From Armatimonadota bacterium (GTDB lineage: Bacteria > Armatimonadota > SYMT01), in contig JBKBRF010000015.1 in NCBI GenBank assembly GCA_046292385.1, positions 32,001 to 96,000 of the forward strand: DNA of 64,000 bases. The letters run 5' to 3'. The position numbers and the translations under genes are program-made. The notes beneath the pieces were generated by a model that saw nothing but the letters and a program-made list of their open reading frames with translations, was not told where the DNA came from and did not search any database. Below, in pieces: positions 28,766-38,346 of this stretch. The stretch's first letter is position 1. Each line of letters starts with the position of its first letter.

Positions 28766-30253
28766 TCAGTGCCAATTACTAGGTCCACTATTCTCATCTG
28801 GATCCGGAGCGCTCCGAAAACATCGCAGCGCTCGCGAGGCCTCCAATGCCTCATCATAAGTCACAGGTGTGATCGATTTCAGCGACAAGACGTGGTTATA
28901 TCGGCGATGCGCTTCGCTAGAATAACCTTGCGTCTCGTAGATCCGTGCAAGCAATCCATTCAGGCGTGCGATCTGCTCCTCGTCCTTGGCAGACGAGAGA
29001 GCGATTGTTATCAGATGCTCTGCCTCGGAATAGCGTCTCTGGCAGAACAAAGCCGCGCAATATCGAAGGCACACCTCTGGATCGAAATGTGTTTCGATCG
29101 ATCGGCGGAGAAGATCGACTGATTCGCAATGCCGCGATTGCTGCTCTCGCACTAGTGCCAATTCAAAAAGTAGACCAGCGGCATCTCTTGGATCTTCTGC
29201 AATCTCAAGACCTGCCTCGCATACCGCTGAACTCATCCAGGCAACGTCCTGCTCCCGGCACATTTCTGAGGTCGTTATGAATACGTCGCCTATCCTACTG
29301 TTCTCGGAGCAGAAGGAGCCCCTCGCCACATGACGCCGGCAGAATTTGATCAAGGTCTGGCAGTCCCGCAGATCGATACATACTCTTCGCAATCCATAGA
29401 ACCCATGCACGTTCCAAGGACACCTATCAAGACCACGCAAGTAAATGGATCTAACCCTGTCACACTCGTCCAGCGACTCGCCCCAAGTGACGGGAAAGTA
29501 CGCCGGGGTCAGATCGGGATTATGATCTACAAGGTCTTCGAAAAACTGTAGGCCTCCACTCTTCCGGCCAGGAACTGATGCAGCAAGAAACCTGAAATAG
29601 GGACAGGTGCTTTGCTGCAGTGCACAGTCGATCAGTTGATCTGATCTCTCCTTCCACTCTGGTCCAAACGTTGAAACGTCTAGACCCGCGCACAGCAACT
29701 CCCAGGCATTCAGATCGAGTTCTTGGAGTTGCTGCCTTCCTGGTTCTCCGTACGACATTGCCTCTGGAAACCAGTTGACAAGCAAGCTCGTTGCCCCCGA
29801 GATCACTGCGTCTGCAAACCGGTTCCACCGGCTGCTCACCCTGACATGCCTGTTTGGAGATAACCTACACGAGGGCTCTCTGTCGGTTTTGGTGTATACA
29901 GTCAGGTCTGCACAAAACTCAACCGGATCGGCCTTACAGGTTCCGCCGATGATGATGTCACATGAAGAGGCACTGAATATGGATTCGACATGGTCCTGCA
30001 TAGAAGAGTAAGCGCCCGCAACGAGCGGTCGCATCAACCTTCGTCGTGAGATCCAATGGTGAGCCATATTGAGACATGGGTACTGCCACCAAGTCCGGCT
30101 TATGAGTTCCGCAATCATGGTCCCGAGTGCGGGAGTTGACGTGGTGCCGGGGGCTGGTAGGAAGCGAGAGACGACAACAAGGGGGTTATCTGGAATGCAA
30201 AGTTCCATGGAGATGTTGCCTATTCGTGGTGAAAGCCTATCCAGGTCCTCCAA
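28766..30253 (-). CDS. TPR-repeat protein, candidate Rhs immunity or accessory protein
   Basis: 495 aa, lower GC, C-terminal TPR-like helices; directly downstream of Rhs. Confidence 0.65.
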   Translation of the reverse strand: MEDLDRLSPRIGNISMELCIPDNPLVVVSRFLPAPGTTSTPALGTMIAELISRTWWQYPCLNMAHHWISRRRLMRPLVAGAYSSMQDHVESIFSASSCDIIIGGTCKADPVEFCADLTVYTKTDREPSCRLSPNRHVRVSSRWNRFADAVISGATSLLVNWFPEAMSYGEPGRQQLQELDLNAWELLCAGLDVSTFGPEWKERSDQLIDCALQQSTCPYFRFLAASVPGRKSGGLQFFEDLVDHNPDLTPAYFPVTWGESLDECDRVRSIYLRGLDRCPWNVHGFYGLRRVCIDLRDCQTLIKFCRRHVARGSFCSENSRIGDVFITTSEMCREQDVAWMSSAVCEAGLEIAEDPRDAAGLLFELALVREQQSRHCESVDLLRRSIETHFDPEVCLRYCAALFCQRRYSEAEHLITIALSSAKDEEQIARLNGLLARIYETQGYSSEAHRRYNHVLSLKSITPVTYDEALEASRALRCFRSAPDPDENSGPSNWH

Positions 30254-30344
30254 CCTGCGAGGACCTGGATAGGCCGCTTGATAGAGTGGCTACACACTCG
30301 CCTATGGCACATCTCTGTTCTGGGAACGTGCCAATATCAGCGGG

Positions 30345-33300
30345 TCAGTAGTTTCTTGCGTCCGACTGCTTGTGGATCATCTTTGGCTTCTTGGGCGGAC
30401 GTCCAATTCCCTTGCCTCCGTCGTTGTACTTCCAGTCCTCAATATCCTCGTCGTACTCCTTTCGCTTCTTCCTATCCTTACGACCATCATCCTTGTGTCG
30501 TTCCCTCCTCTCCTTGGCGTCCTGCCATCGGTCGAGGTCGGTCTGCGAATCGTCCACCGTATCGACGGGAGGGTTTCCGACGATTTCGTCTTCTCCCGAG
30601 TTGCTCTGGCTGATGGCCCATCCAACTCCGACAACAACTACTACAGCAAGGATTCCTAGGAGCACCCAACCTCCTGGTCCTGACACGACCAACGGAGCCG
30701 CCATGGTCATGTATGCCACAGCCCCCGCACCAGGGGCCAACACCGCTGCCCCAGGGTGTGTGCCACGTGGATCAGTGGCATTAACAGGGTTGTTGGATGA
30801 GTAGGCGTAGAGGTTCAGCCCTCCACTATAGCCGATTGGATCTCGGCTTATGAACCTTCCCACGCTCGGGTCATAGTACCTCGCTCCCAGCAGCATCAAC
30901 CCGCTGTCGGGGTCCTTCTGATATCCCTGCCCGCCGACAAACCCGAAGGGAGTCGGTAGCCCGGTGCCGGCGACCGTCATCCCAAAGGCGTCGTACTCCC
31001 GGCTGTGCGTGACGCTCTGGCTGCTGTTCGTCAGGCCCCGCGTGCTGCCGAGCTGGTCTCCATGGTAAGTTCGGCTGGTGCTACCCTCCCGCTCGCTCAC
31101 CAAGCCGGTGACACCACCCCGGGTGTAGTCGGCCCGGCTGTCCGCCACCACGTCATTGCCGTCAAAGACGTAGGTGGTGGTGCCCGCGCTGTCGGTCTTG
31201 CTAACGCGCTTGCCGAGATCGTTGGTGACGAAGCTGTTGGTGGTGCTGTTCGGGTAGGTGATTCCGGTCAGCTTCTGGTTGTAGTCCCAGGCCAGCGTGG
31301 TCGTCTGACCGCCCTGGATAACGCTCGTCAGGTTCCCGGCGTTGTCATACCCGTAGCTCTTGCTCCCGGCAGTGAGAAGTTGGTTGTTGTCTCCGTAGGT
31401 GTAGCTCTCCGTGACCCCACCGACCGTCTTGCTCGTCCGGTTCCCCGTGTCGTCATACGCGTAGGTGATGGTGTAGGGGCTGGTGCCGGTCCGGGTCTCG
31501 CCCGTGAGCTGGTAGGCGTCGTCGTACGTATACGCGACGGAGTGGTCGTTCACCTGCACCGACCCCGTGATCTCGCCGGCATTCCCGCGGGTGTACTCGT
31601 AGCGGGCGAGCACCGTGTTGTTGCTCTGGCGGTGCTCGATCGCGTCGAGCCAGCCCCGATCCGCGTTGTAGGTGAGGACCACCTTGGTCCCGTTGGCGTG
31701 GTCCTGCTGCGTGGTGCGGCCGGCGGCGTCCAGGGTGAAGCTGGTCGTCTCGCTGAACCGGTTCTGGATCGAGGTGAGCCGGCGCGCGTTGTCGTAGCCA
31801 TAGCTGGTGCTGCCGAGACCTGTGCGGGTCAGGTTCGAGCGCATCCCGGCCGCGTCGTAAAGATACTCCAGCGTCCCCTGCGGCCCGTCCACCTCCGTGA
31901 CCGCGCCGTTGTCGTCATAAGTCCAGGTGTAGGTGCCGGTGCGGTCTACCAGGCTATCCCGCAGGTCGTTGTCCAGGTAGCTGATCGTGGTGTCGGTGCC
32001 AGTCGGGTAGTCGATCCCGGTGAGGCGGTCGCAGTCGTCGTAGGAACGGTAGACGGTGTTGTTGCGACCGTCGGTGTGCGCTGCGATCTGACTGTTGGCG
32101 GTGTAGGTCCAACCCTCGGTCGTGCTATCCGGATAGGTGACGCCGGTGACGCGGTACATTCCGTCCAGCGTCCAGGTGGTCGTCTTGTTCCGCGCATTGG
32201 TGAGCGAGGTCCGCTTTCCCACGTCGTTGTAGCCGAAGGTGGTCTGTTTGAGGTTGGCGTCAGTTACCGAGGTGACCCATCGCAGCGCGTTGTAGGCGGT
32301 GGCGACGGTCTTCCCGTTCTCATCTTCCAACTGGGTTAGGTTTCCCTCGGCGTCGTAGGTGTGCTCCCGGTCTGGGCCATCGGTCCCGTTGGCCAGCACA
32401 TGGATTAACTTCTTCACGCGGCCGAGATCGTCGTGCGTAAAGCGGGTCCGTAACCCGGTCGGGTCAGTTATCTTCGTAACCCAACCCAGCCCGTTCACCT
32501 CGAAGGTAGTGGTGTTCGTGAGGGGGTCTTCCTCCGTGAGCACGTGTCCATTCGCGTTGTAGCCGGTCTCCCAAATTTTCAGCAGGGGATCGGTGACGTG
32601 GGTCCGCTGCCCGTAGGTGTCGACCGTGTAGACCCAGTCGTTGTTCAGCGCGTCCGTCTTGCCGGTGCAGTTGCCGTCGACATCGAAGCTCCAGGTGGTC
32701 ACGTTGCCGAGGGCGTCGGTGGCGGAGGTGCGGCGGTTCAGGCTGTTGTAGGTGTAGGTCCACTTCGTGACGCCCGGAAGCGTGCGGGTGATCGGGTCCT
32801 CTTCCGTCAGCACGTTGCCGTTCCCGTCGTACGTCCACTCCCAGATGTCGCCGGAAGGCTTCGTCATGCTCTCCCGGTTATGGTCGCTGTCGTAGGTGTA
32901 GGAGACGTTGGTGTAGGAGCCGCCGTAGGTCGGCTGCTGGCGCGTGCCGGTCATCTCGCCATCGCCCTGGATGAAGTAGGCGGTGACGTTGCCGGCCTCG
33001 TCGGTCACGTCGAGCTGGTTGTTGTACGGGTAGGCGTAAATCCGCTGCTCGGCCAGCGGGTCGGTAACGGTGGTGAGGCGGCCGGAGCCATCATACGCAA
33101 AGCTCCAGGAGTAGCCCCGCCGGTCCTTTACGCTCGTCACCGCCTTCACGCTGTCGTAGCCGAACTCCACGTAGTACCCGGACGTGCCGGGGTCGGTCAC
33201 CCGGTAGAGATGCGAAGGCGATCCCGCGTAGGACAGGTTCCAACTTCGGGAGAGCGGGTCGGTGATGCTGGTGATCACATTGCCCGTGTAGCTGAAGGTG

Positions 33301-34046
33301 AGGGTTCGGCCGGTCGGGTCGGTGACGGTTGTGAGCTTGCCGGAGGAGTAGGTCAGGGTGATCGTGTTGCCGTTCAGATCCTCAATGGAGCTTAGGGCGC
33401 CACCGCTCGTGAAATGGCACTTCACCTGGTTGTGGCGGGTGAGGGTCCAGGTGCCGTTTCCGTTCAGCACCAGCGTCTCGAACACGCCCGCCGGCCGGGA
33501 GTAGGTGCCGTTCACGTTCTGAGTGAAGACGTGCTTCCGGCCATCGCCCTCCCGCACGGTCGCCGTGCCGGATCCGGTGGTGATCGAGACGTTGTAGGTG
33601 TGGGTCCAGCCGTAGCCCAGCGGGTAGGGAGCGGTCCCAAACACGCCGCCGTAGATCGGCACATCGTGCCGGTTGTGGTAGAGCACAAGCCCGATGTCAA
33701 GCCCGCGCCCTTCCCACGCTACGATCGGAAGCTGCGTCGTCAGGTTCCCGTCGGAGCGCACCGCCGAGTACGGCGTGGGCTTATCGTTCACCATCCACGG
33801 CTCCGGTAGTCCCGGTGCCGCCCCCACAATCGCCTCCATCTGCTGTGGCGTCAGTTCCCGAGGTTGCGCCTTCCGGCGCGCTGACGCTTCCTGCCGATCG
33901 GCAAGCTGCTTTGCCGGTACTGCCGTAGGCCCGACCACGAAGCTGGCGAGGAAAGAGACCGCCAGCGTGAGGGCCAGGCGCGACCGGACGCGCGGGCGGC
34001 GCAGGGGTTTCAGAGTCTCGGGAAACTGTAAACGGTCACGTGGCAT
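30345..34046 (-). CDS. RHS/YD-repeat protein with signal peptide, DUF6531-like domain and C-terminal tip
   Basis: AAGGAG RBS; many YD repeats, LGYGWTHTY, core end ARYYDPSVGRFISRDPIG...NPVNATDPRG. Confidence 0.95.
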   Translation of the reverse strand: MPRDRLQFPETLKPLRRPRVRSRLALTLAVSFLASFVVGPTAVPAKQLADRQEASARRKAQPRELTPQQMEAIVGAAPGLPEPWMVNDKPTPYSAVRSDGNLTTQLPIVAWEGRGLDIGLVLYHNRHDVPIYGGVFGTAPYPLGYGWTHTYNVSITTGSGTATVREGDGRKHVFTQNVNGTYSRPAGVFETLVLNGNGTWTLTRHNQVKCHFTSGGALSSIEDLNGNTITLTYSSGKLTTVTDPTGRTLTFSYTGNVITSITDPLSRSWNLSYAGSPSHLYRVTDPGTSGYYVEFGYDSVKAVTSVKDRRGYSWSFAYDGSGRLTTVTDPLAEQRIYAYPYNNQLDVTDEAGNVTAYFIQGDGEMTGTRQQPTYGGSYTNVSYTYDSDHNRESMTKPSGDIWEWTYDGNGNVLTEEDPITRTLPGVTKWTYTYNSLNRRTSATDALGNVTTWSFDVDGNCTGKTDALNNDWVYTVDTYGQRTHVTDPLLKIWETGYNANGHVLTEEDPLTNTTTFEVNGLGWVTKITDPTGLRTRFTHDDLGRVKKLIHVLANGTDGPDREHTYDAEGNLTQLEDENGKTVATAYNALRWVTSVTDANLKQTTFGYNDVGKRTSLTNARNKTTTWTLDGMYRVTGVTYPDSTTEGWTYTANSQIAAHTDGRNNTVYRSYDDCDRLTGIDYPTGTDTTISYLDNDLRDSLVDRTGTYTWTYDDNGAVTEVDGPQGTLEYLYDAAGMRSNLTRTGLGSTSYGYDNARRLTSIQNRFSETTSFTLDAAGRTTQQDHANGTKVVLTYNADRGWLDAIEHRQSNNTVLARYEYTRGNAGEITGSVQVNDHSVAYTYDDAYQLTGETRTGTSPYTITYAYDDTGNRTSKTVGGVTESYTYGDNNQLLTAGSKSYGYDNAGNLTSVIQGGQTTTLAWDYNQKLTGITYPNSTTNSFVTNDLGKRVSKTDSAGTTTYVFDGNDVVADSRADYTRGGVTGLVSEREGSTSRTYHGDQLGSTRGLTNSSQSVTHSREYDAFGMTVAGTGLPTPFGFVGGQGYQKDPDSGLMLLGARYYDPSVGRFISRDPIGYSGGLNLYAYSSNNPVNATDPRGTHPGAAVLAPGAGAVAYMTMAAPLVVSGPGGWVLLGILAVVVVVGVGWAISQSNSGEDEIVGNPPVDTVDDSQTDLDRWQDAKERRERHKDDGRKDRKKRKEYDEDIEDWKYNDGGKGIGRPPKKPKMIHKQSDARNY

Positions 34047-34142
34047 GAGTCGTCTCCTTCGGGAGCGGCGCAGGACGGCCGCAGGTATCGCGATAAGTGC
34101 AATAGGCACAAACGCGTGGAAGAGGATGTTGGGAGCTTCAGA

Positions 34143-34970
34143 TCAGTCGGCGCCCGCGCGGCTGAGAGCCAGGGCATAGCCGTCCCAGCGCTTCCGGAAC
34201 GCCGGCAGCGGGCTCGTGAGCAGCTCGTCCGGCCGGGCGGGGTCGTAGTAGCGTACCGTTCCGCCACGGATCTCGGTGAGCAGGACGTAGTGGTTGCGAT
34301 CGACCCACGCGATGGCCGGGAGCGGGAGTTGCTCGACTCCGGCCGCGGGCACGGAGAGCCCCTGCGCCTGGAGCCCCTTCGTCTTGGCAGCCTCCGCCAG
34401 CGCGTTCAGAGTGGCGCCGCGGGGTCCCGGCTTCGCCAGCCGGACAATCTCCGGCAGCGTGGCGTCGATCCCGACCAGCTCACAGGCGCGGAGGAGGCAT
34501 TTCGGGCCGCAGTCGGGATCACGCGTGGGCCGCTGGGGTACGGCCGTTTCGGTCTTCGGCGCCAGCGCCTCGCGGGCCAGGGCGCCCTGATGCACGTCGC
34601 CGTACTCCCGCACGGCGAGCGTGAACACCTTCCGAGCTTCCTCTTCGCGGCCGGCGGTGCGCAGGGCGAGCGCCTGTTGGTAACGGGACCAGGCGCCGAC
34701 CGAAGAGCGCGGCTCGGCATCGGCGAGTACGGCGAGCTTGGCGGCAGCCGGGAGGTACTCCCCGCTCCGGCCAAGCTCCATTGCGGCCCGGTATTCCGGG
34801 TGCGCGGCGAAGTTCGGATCCTCGCGGAAAGTAGGCGTGTGGGAGCGAAGCGGCCTCGGCATCGCCCAGAACGCCACAACGAGCAGCAGAACTACAGAGA
34901 GGCCTGCTAAGAGGCGACGATGCTGGGTGGGTCTGAAGGGAGAAATGCGCAGGAGTTGCACGTTCGGCAC
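34143..34970 (-). CDS. Membrane-anchored or exported TPR + peptidase C39 protein
   Basis: N-terminal hydrophobic helix, TPR-like segment, and Cys/His/Asp motifs DCGPKCL, NHYVLL, YYDP. Confidence 0.85.
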   Translation of the reverse strand: MPNVQLLRISPFRPTQHRRLLAGLSVVLLLVVAFWAMPRPLRSHTPTFREDPNFAAHPEYRAAMELGRSGEYLPAAAKLAVLADAEPRSSVGAWSRYQQALALRTAGREEEARKVFTLAVREYGDVHQGALAREALAPKTETAVPQRPTRDPDCGPKCLLRACELVGIDATLPEIVRLAKPGPRGATLNALAEAAKTKGLQAQGLSVPAAGVEQLPLPAIAWVDRNHYVLLTEIRGGTVRYYDPARPDELLTSPLPAFRKRWDGYALALSRAGAD

Positions 34971-35059
34971 CTCGTAAGCGAGAGCTACCTTCCGTGGGTA
35001 GCGTTACTCTCTTCGAGGAGCTTACGGGCGTGGCGGTGCTAGTGCCCACCCCCCTTAGG

Positions 35060-35683
35060 TTAGCTTTCCCTACTCTTAGAGATAGTTTTGGAGGCGAGCG
35101 GAGAGAGCAGTTCTGTACCAGTCAGGCGTACGGCAAGTTGTGAGCGACGGGAGATGCCGAGCTTGCGGTAGCTTTGCTTGAGGTGGAACTTGATTGTCGC
35201 GAGGGTGACGTGAAGGGATTGACTGATCTCATCATTAGAAAGTCCCTGTACCGCCAGCTTCACGACCTCGAATTCACGCTCGGAGAGGGGTAGCGCACTC
35301 CCCCCACCTTCCGGCTCTACGACCACTGGTTGCGGGTTCGACACTCCCATGAGGCCGGGTGAGAAGTAGGACTGACGGTCGGCCGCCGCCGCTAGCGCGC
35401 GACAGAGATGAGCCTCGGTGTCTTCCCAGGAGACGAGCACCCGCACGTCCCGACGAAGCGCCGAGAGCATATCCGTCGGACTTCCCTCAGTCAGCAGCAC
35501 CACGCCGCGGTCGGTCGGATTCCGTTCCAGAGCCCGTTCCCAGGCATCACCCGCAAGCAACGTCACGCTCGGCAGCCGCCTAGCGCAAGCGATCTGGACC
35601 CGTCCGCACAGTAGCGACCTGAGCGCCCGCTCAATCAGGCGCGGCGCGAGGATCTCAATGATTACGAGCTCGTTGTTCGGCAT
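35060..35683 (-). CDS. LuxR/NarL-family regulator with degenerate receiver domain
   Basis: LSEREFEVVKLAVQGLSNDEISQSLHVTLATIKFHL. Confidence 0.88.
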   Translation of the reverse strand: MPNNELVIIEILAPRLIERALRSLLCGRVQIACARRLPSVTLLAGDAWERALERNPTDRGVVLLTEGSPTDMLSALRRDVRVLVSWEDTEAHLCRALAAAADRQSYFSPGLMGVSNPQPVVVEPEGGGSALPLSEREFEVVKLAVQGLSNDEISQSLHVTLATIKFHLKQSYRKLGISRRSQLAVRLTGTELLSPLASKTISKSRES

Positions 35684-36093
35684 GGCGCGACTCCCACTAT
35701 GCCAATCTCTTCATTGATTCAGTTGCTTGCGCTCCCGAAATCTATCGAGTGTACGATAGTTCGCTTCCCCCGCTACGGCGAGCGTAGGCTCGCCATTCTC
35801 CGCCGCGTTATCGCGGTCTGTTCACTTTGTAGCAACCGTTGTCTTAAGCAGTTCTTTCGCGACGTGCATCTCCCCTGCTTACCACTTGATGATCAAGTCC
35901 GAGAGAACTCGGTGAGGGGCTGGTATAGCCCCATCGCTGTGGATGGCTCCAGGTCGGCCCTACCTCGAAGGATTGCCTGGTCCGACCGCTCATTGCACGA
36001 GTGACAGCCGCGTTGCCTCTCTGCCCACACTTGCTACGGTGGGGACAGTTCGCACGTTGACATGCCTCCTGAGGAGGCACAGGAGAACTGCCC

Positions 36094-36504
36094 ATGAACC
36101 GTGTGGTGCTCTGCGGCCGCCTGTGCGGCCCGCCCCAGATCAGCTATGCCGCCTGCGGCATGGCGATCGCCACCTTCCGGCTGGCGGTCCCCCGCCACGA
36201 CCGGGATCCCGGCTCCGCCCCTACGAGCGGACACCCGAACGCCTCCGATGAGATCGACTGCCTCGCCTTCGGCACCCTCGCAATCGAACTGTCGATCTGG
36301 GGAGAAGACGAGGTCCGCCTCCACCTGGAAGGCCGCATCCGCTCTGGATGCGCCTCTGCCCAGGAGAAAACAGGAGTCGGTCCCGTACGGGTGCACGTCG
36401 ATCACGGCTACTGCGCCGATCCCATTCCCACTGCCTCCGCCGTCTTCCTGCGGGTGGTGACGGTGACCGGAATGGCGCTCGCTCCGGCGGAACGGGCGGC
36501 GTGA
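36094..36504 (+). CDS. ssb: Second SSB paralog (divergent)
   Basis: MNRVVLCGRL; upstream region homologous to that of 25704. Confidence 0.7.
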   Translation: MNRVVLCGRLCGPPQISYAACGMAIATFRLAVPRHDRDPGSAPTSGHPNASDEIDCLAFGTLAIELSIWGEDEVRLHLEGRIRSGCASAQEKTGVGPVRVHVDHGYCADPIPTASAVFLRVVTVTGMALAPAERAA

Positions 36505-36505
36505 G

Positions 36506-36721
36506 ATGTACGCCCTGAAGCTCCCGGACGAGCTGGTTCACCGGCTCTACCGCCTGCGCGAAGCTCACCGTCTCGGCCCGATCCGGCGACAGGTCTTGAT
36601 CGCGGTCGAGCACTACTGCGACGACCCGGAGCGGGAGTACGGCGTGGATGAGATGGCGGATACCGCCGCTCCCCGCCCGTGTTCCGACTCCCCCGCTTCC
36701 CGAAAGGAACGCACCCGATGA
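36506..36721 (+). CDS. Small conserved protein, paralog of 26272-26472
   Basis: MYALKLPDELVHRLYRLRE...GPIRRQVLIAVEHY. Confidence 0.65.
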   Translation: MYALKLPDELVHRLYRLREAHRLGPIRRQVLIAVEHYCDDPEREYGVDEMADTAAPRPCSDSPASRKERTR

Positions 36722-36910
36722 ACGCTACCGTGATGATCCACTGCGGCGGGCACGAGGCTCTCCGAGAGGAGTTGGGCCCACGCCGGCACCCCCGCCGCCA
36801 CTTGGCAGCCGATCCCACACGACGTGCTGCTCCGCGAAGTAGAGGACGCGCTCGCGCGCAACCGCCTCCGGATCACCTCCGAGCGGGACGCGCTGGAATA
36901 CCGAGGGCGA
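36718..36910 (+). pseudogene. 5' fragment of a DUF932-like gene (frameshifted)
   Basis: MIHCGGHEALREEL, then in a shifted frame ATWQPIPHDVLLREVEDAL. Confidence 0.5.
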
Positions 36911-37391
36911 GTCCTACGCCCGCTATAGGTGGATTCCTGTCAGACCAGAGGGAAGCAGCAAGAAAACAGCTTGATTTGCACTCGTCGTTCCCTACCCACG
37001 GCTGCAACGGCCGTCCTCGTTTTTCATTTGAAAGCGCGCATAGATTTCTGTCCGGACGACACCGGCGTATAATCTGTGATACGGTGGGACCGAGTGGCCC
37101 CGGGCGAAGGCCGGGCGTGAAGATGCACCGCACGCAGTAGCGGCCGCCGCTAGACCACCAATAAAAAGGGGCGGTGGGCTCGGATGGCGTCCGCATGGGG
37201 ACGGTGCGGTAGCGGAGAGTGTGCCGGACAACCTCCTGCCTACCGTCGGAGAACACCTCTCTCGCGATGGCCGGAGTGGCTTGCCCCCGGCTCTCGGCGC
37301 GAAGAGATCACCGGGTCTAGGTGGAGAAATTTCGCCAGTCTGCGGCATACGTTCCATCGGTGCCGCGTCGTTTGCTGATACGGGGGTGAAA

Positions 37392-38234
37392 ATGCTGATC
37401 AAACAACGAGGTTCCGGCGACGTACTGTGTTCCGTTCAGGCGGCAACGCTGGAGAGAGCGTCGCTAGAGGGACGGAACCTCCGACGAGCGAGCCTTAGAG
37501 GAATGGCTCTCACTGGGGCCAACCTGTCCCGCAGCTTGCTGTGGCAGGCCGATCTTGCGGATGCCGACGTCGCTCAGGCCGACCTGCGCGCGGTTTTCTT
37601 GGTTGAAGCGAACCTCGAACAGACCAATCTCGAAGAAGCGAATCTCGAGGGTGCCGACCTGAGAGGTGCGAATCTTCGCGCGGCTCGGCTCGGCCAGGCG
37701 AACCTCCGGGGGGCGGATCTCACAGGTGCGAATCTCGAAGGGGCGTCCCTGACCGGGGCGATCTTGGTAGGATGTAACCTTACGCGGGCAGTTCTAGCGG
37801 GAGCGGTATTGACCGGTGTCGATCTCACCGACGCCGACTTGAGTGCCGCGGACTTGACTCGGGCACGACTGGCGGATGCAATCCTCGTGAGTTCCCGTCT
37901 GGTCGGAGCAACCCTGACCGGAGCCGACCTGTCTAGCGCGATCATCGTCGATGCTGATCTTACGAGAGCCGGGCTTCAGGGCGCATTCCTGTCGGGCGCG
38001 AGTCTGCGGGATGCACGCCTCGGCGGTGTCGATTTCACCCGAGCGACCCTGCACGGTACCGTTCTTGCCGGTGCGGACCTGAGTTCGGCCGATTTGAGCA
38101 AAACGGACTTGCGAGGCGTGGACTTCAGCGCTGCGAACCTGCAAGGCACTTGCTTCACCCAAGCGGGCTTCAATGGCAGCACCGTTTGGCCGGAAGGCTT
38201 CGAGCCGGAGGCGCATGGTGCCGTGCGGGTGTAG
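37392..38234 (+). CDS. Pentapeptide repeat protein
   Basis: Dozens of A(D/N)Lxx repeats; ends TVWPEGFEP. Confidence 0.92.
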   Translation: MLIKQRGSGDVLCSVQAATLERASLEGRNLRRASLRGMALTGANLSRSLLWQADLADADVAQADLRAVFLVEANLEQTNLEEANLEGADLRGANLRAARLGQANLRGADLTGANLEGASLTGAILVGCNLTRAVLAGAVLTGVDLTDADLSAADLTRARLADAILVSSRLVGATLTGADLSSAIIVDADLTRAGLQGAFLSGASLRDARLGGVDFTRATLHGTVLAGADLSSADLSKTDLRGVDFSAANLQGTCFTQAGFNGSTVWPEGFEPEAHGAVRV

Positions 38235-38346
38235 ACGTTGGTTTTGGCTGGCGTCCGGAGCTTCGGATTCCATGTGAGTGTCGCGTCAGATTAGACGACA
38301 GCGGATGGAAGAGTGCCTCTCCCAACGCCCAAGCTCCGGTATTTGC

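Noticed and set aside
34143..34970. C39 peptidase as the leader protease of the RiPP cluster
   Set aside because: It is 20 kb away in the Rhs cassette, and the precursors lack a double-glycine leader whereas the Rhs has one.
37490..38160. 15-bp periodicity as a DNA repeat array
   Set aside because: Explained by pentapeptide protein repeats.
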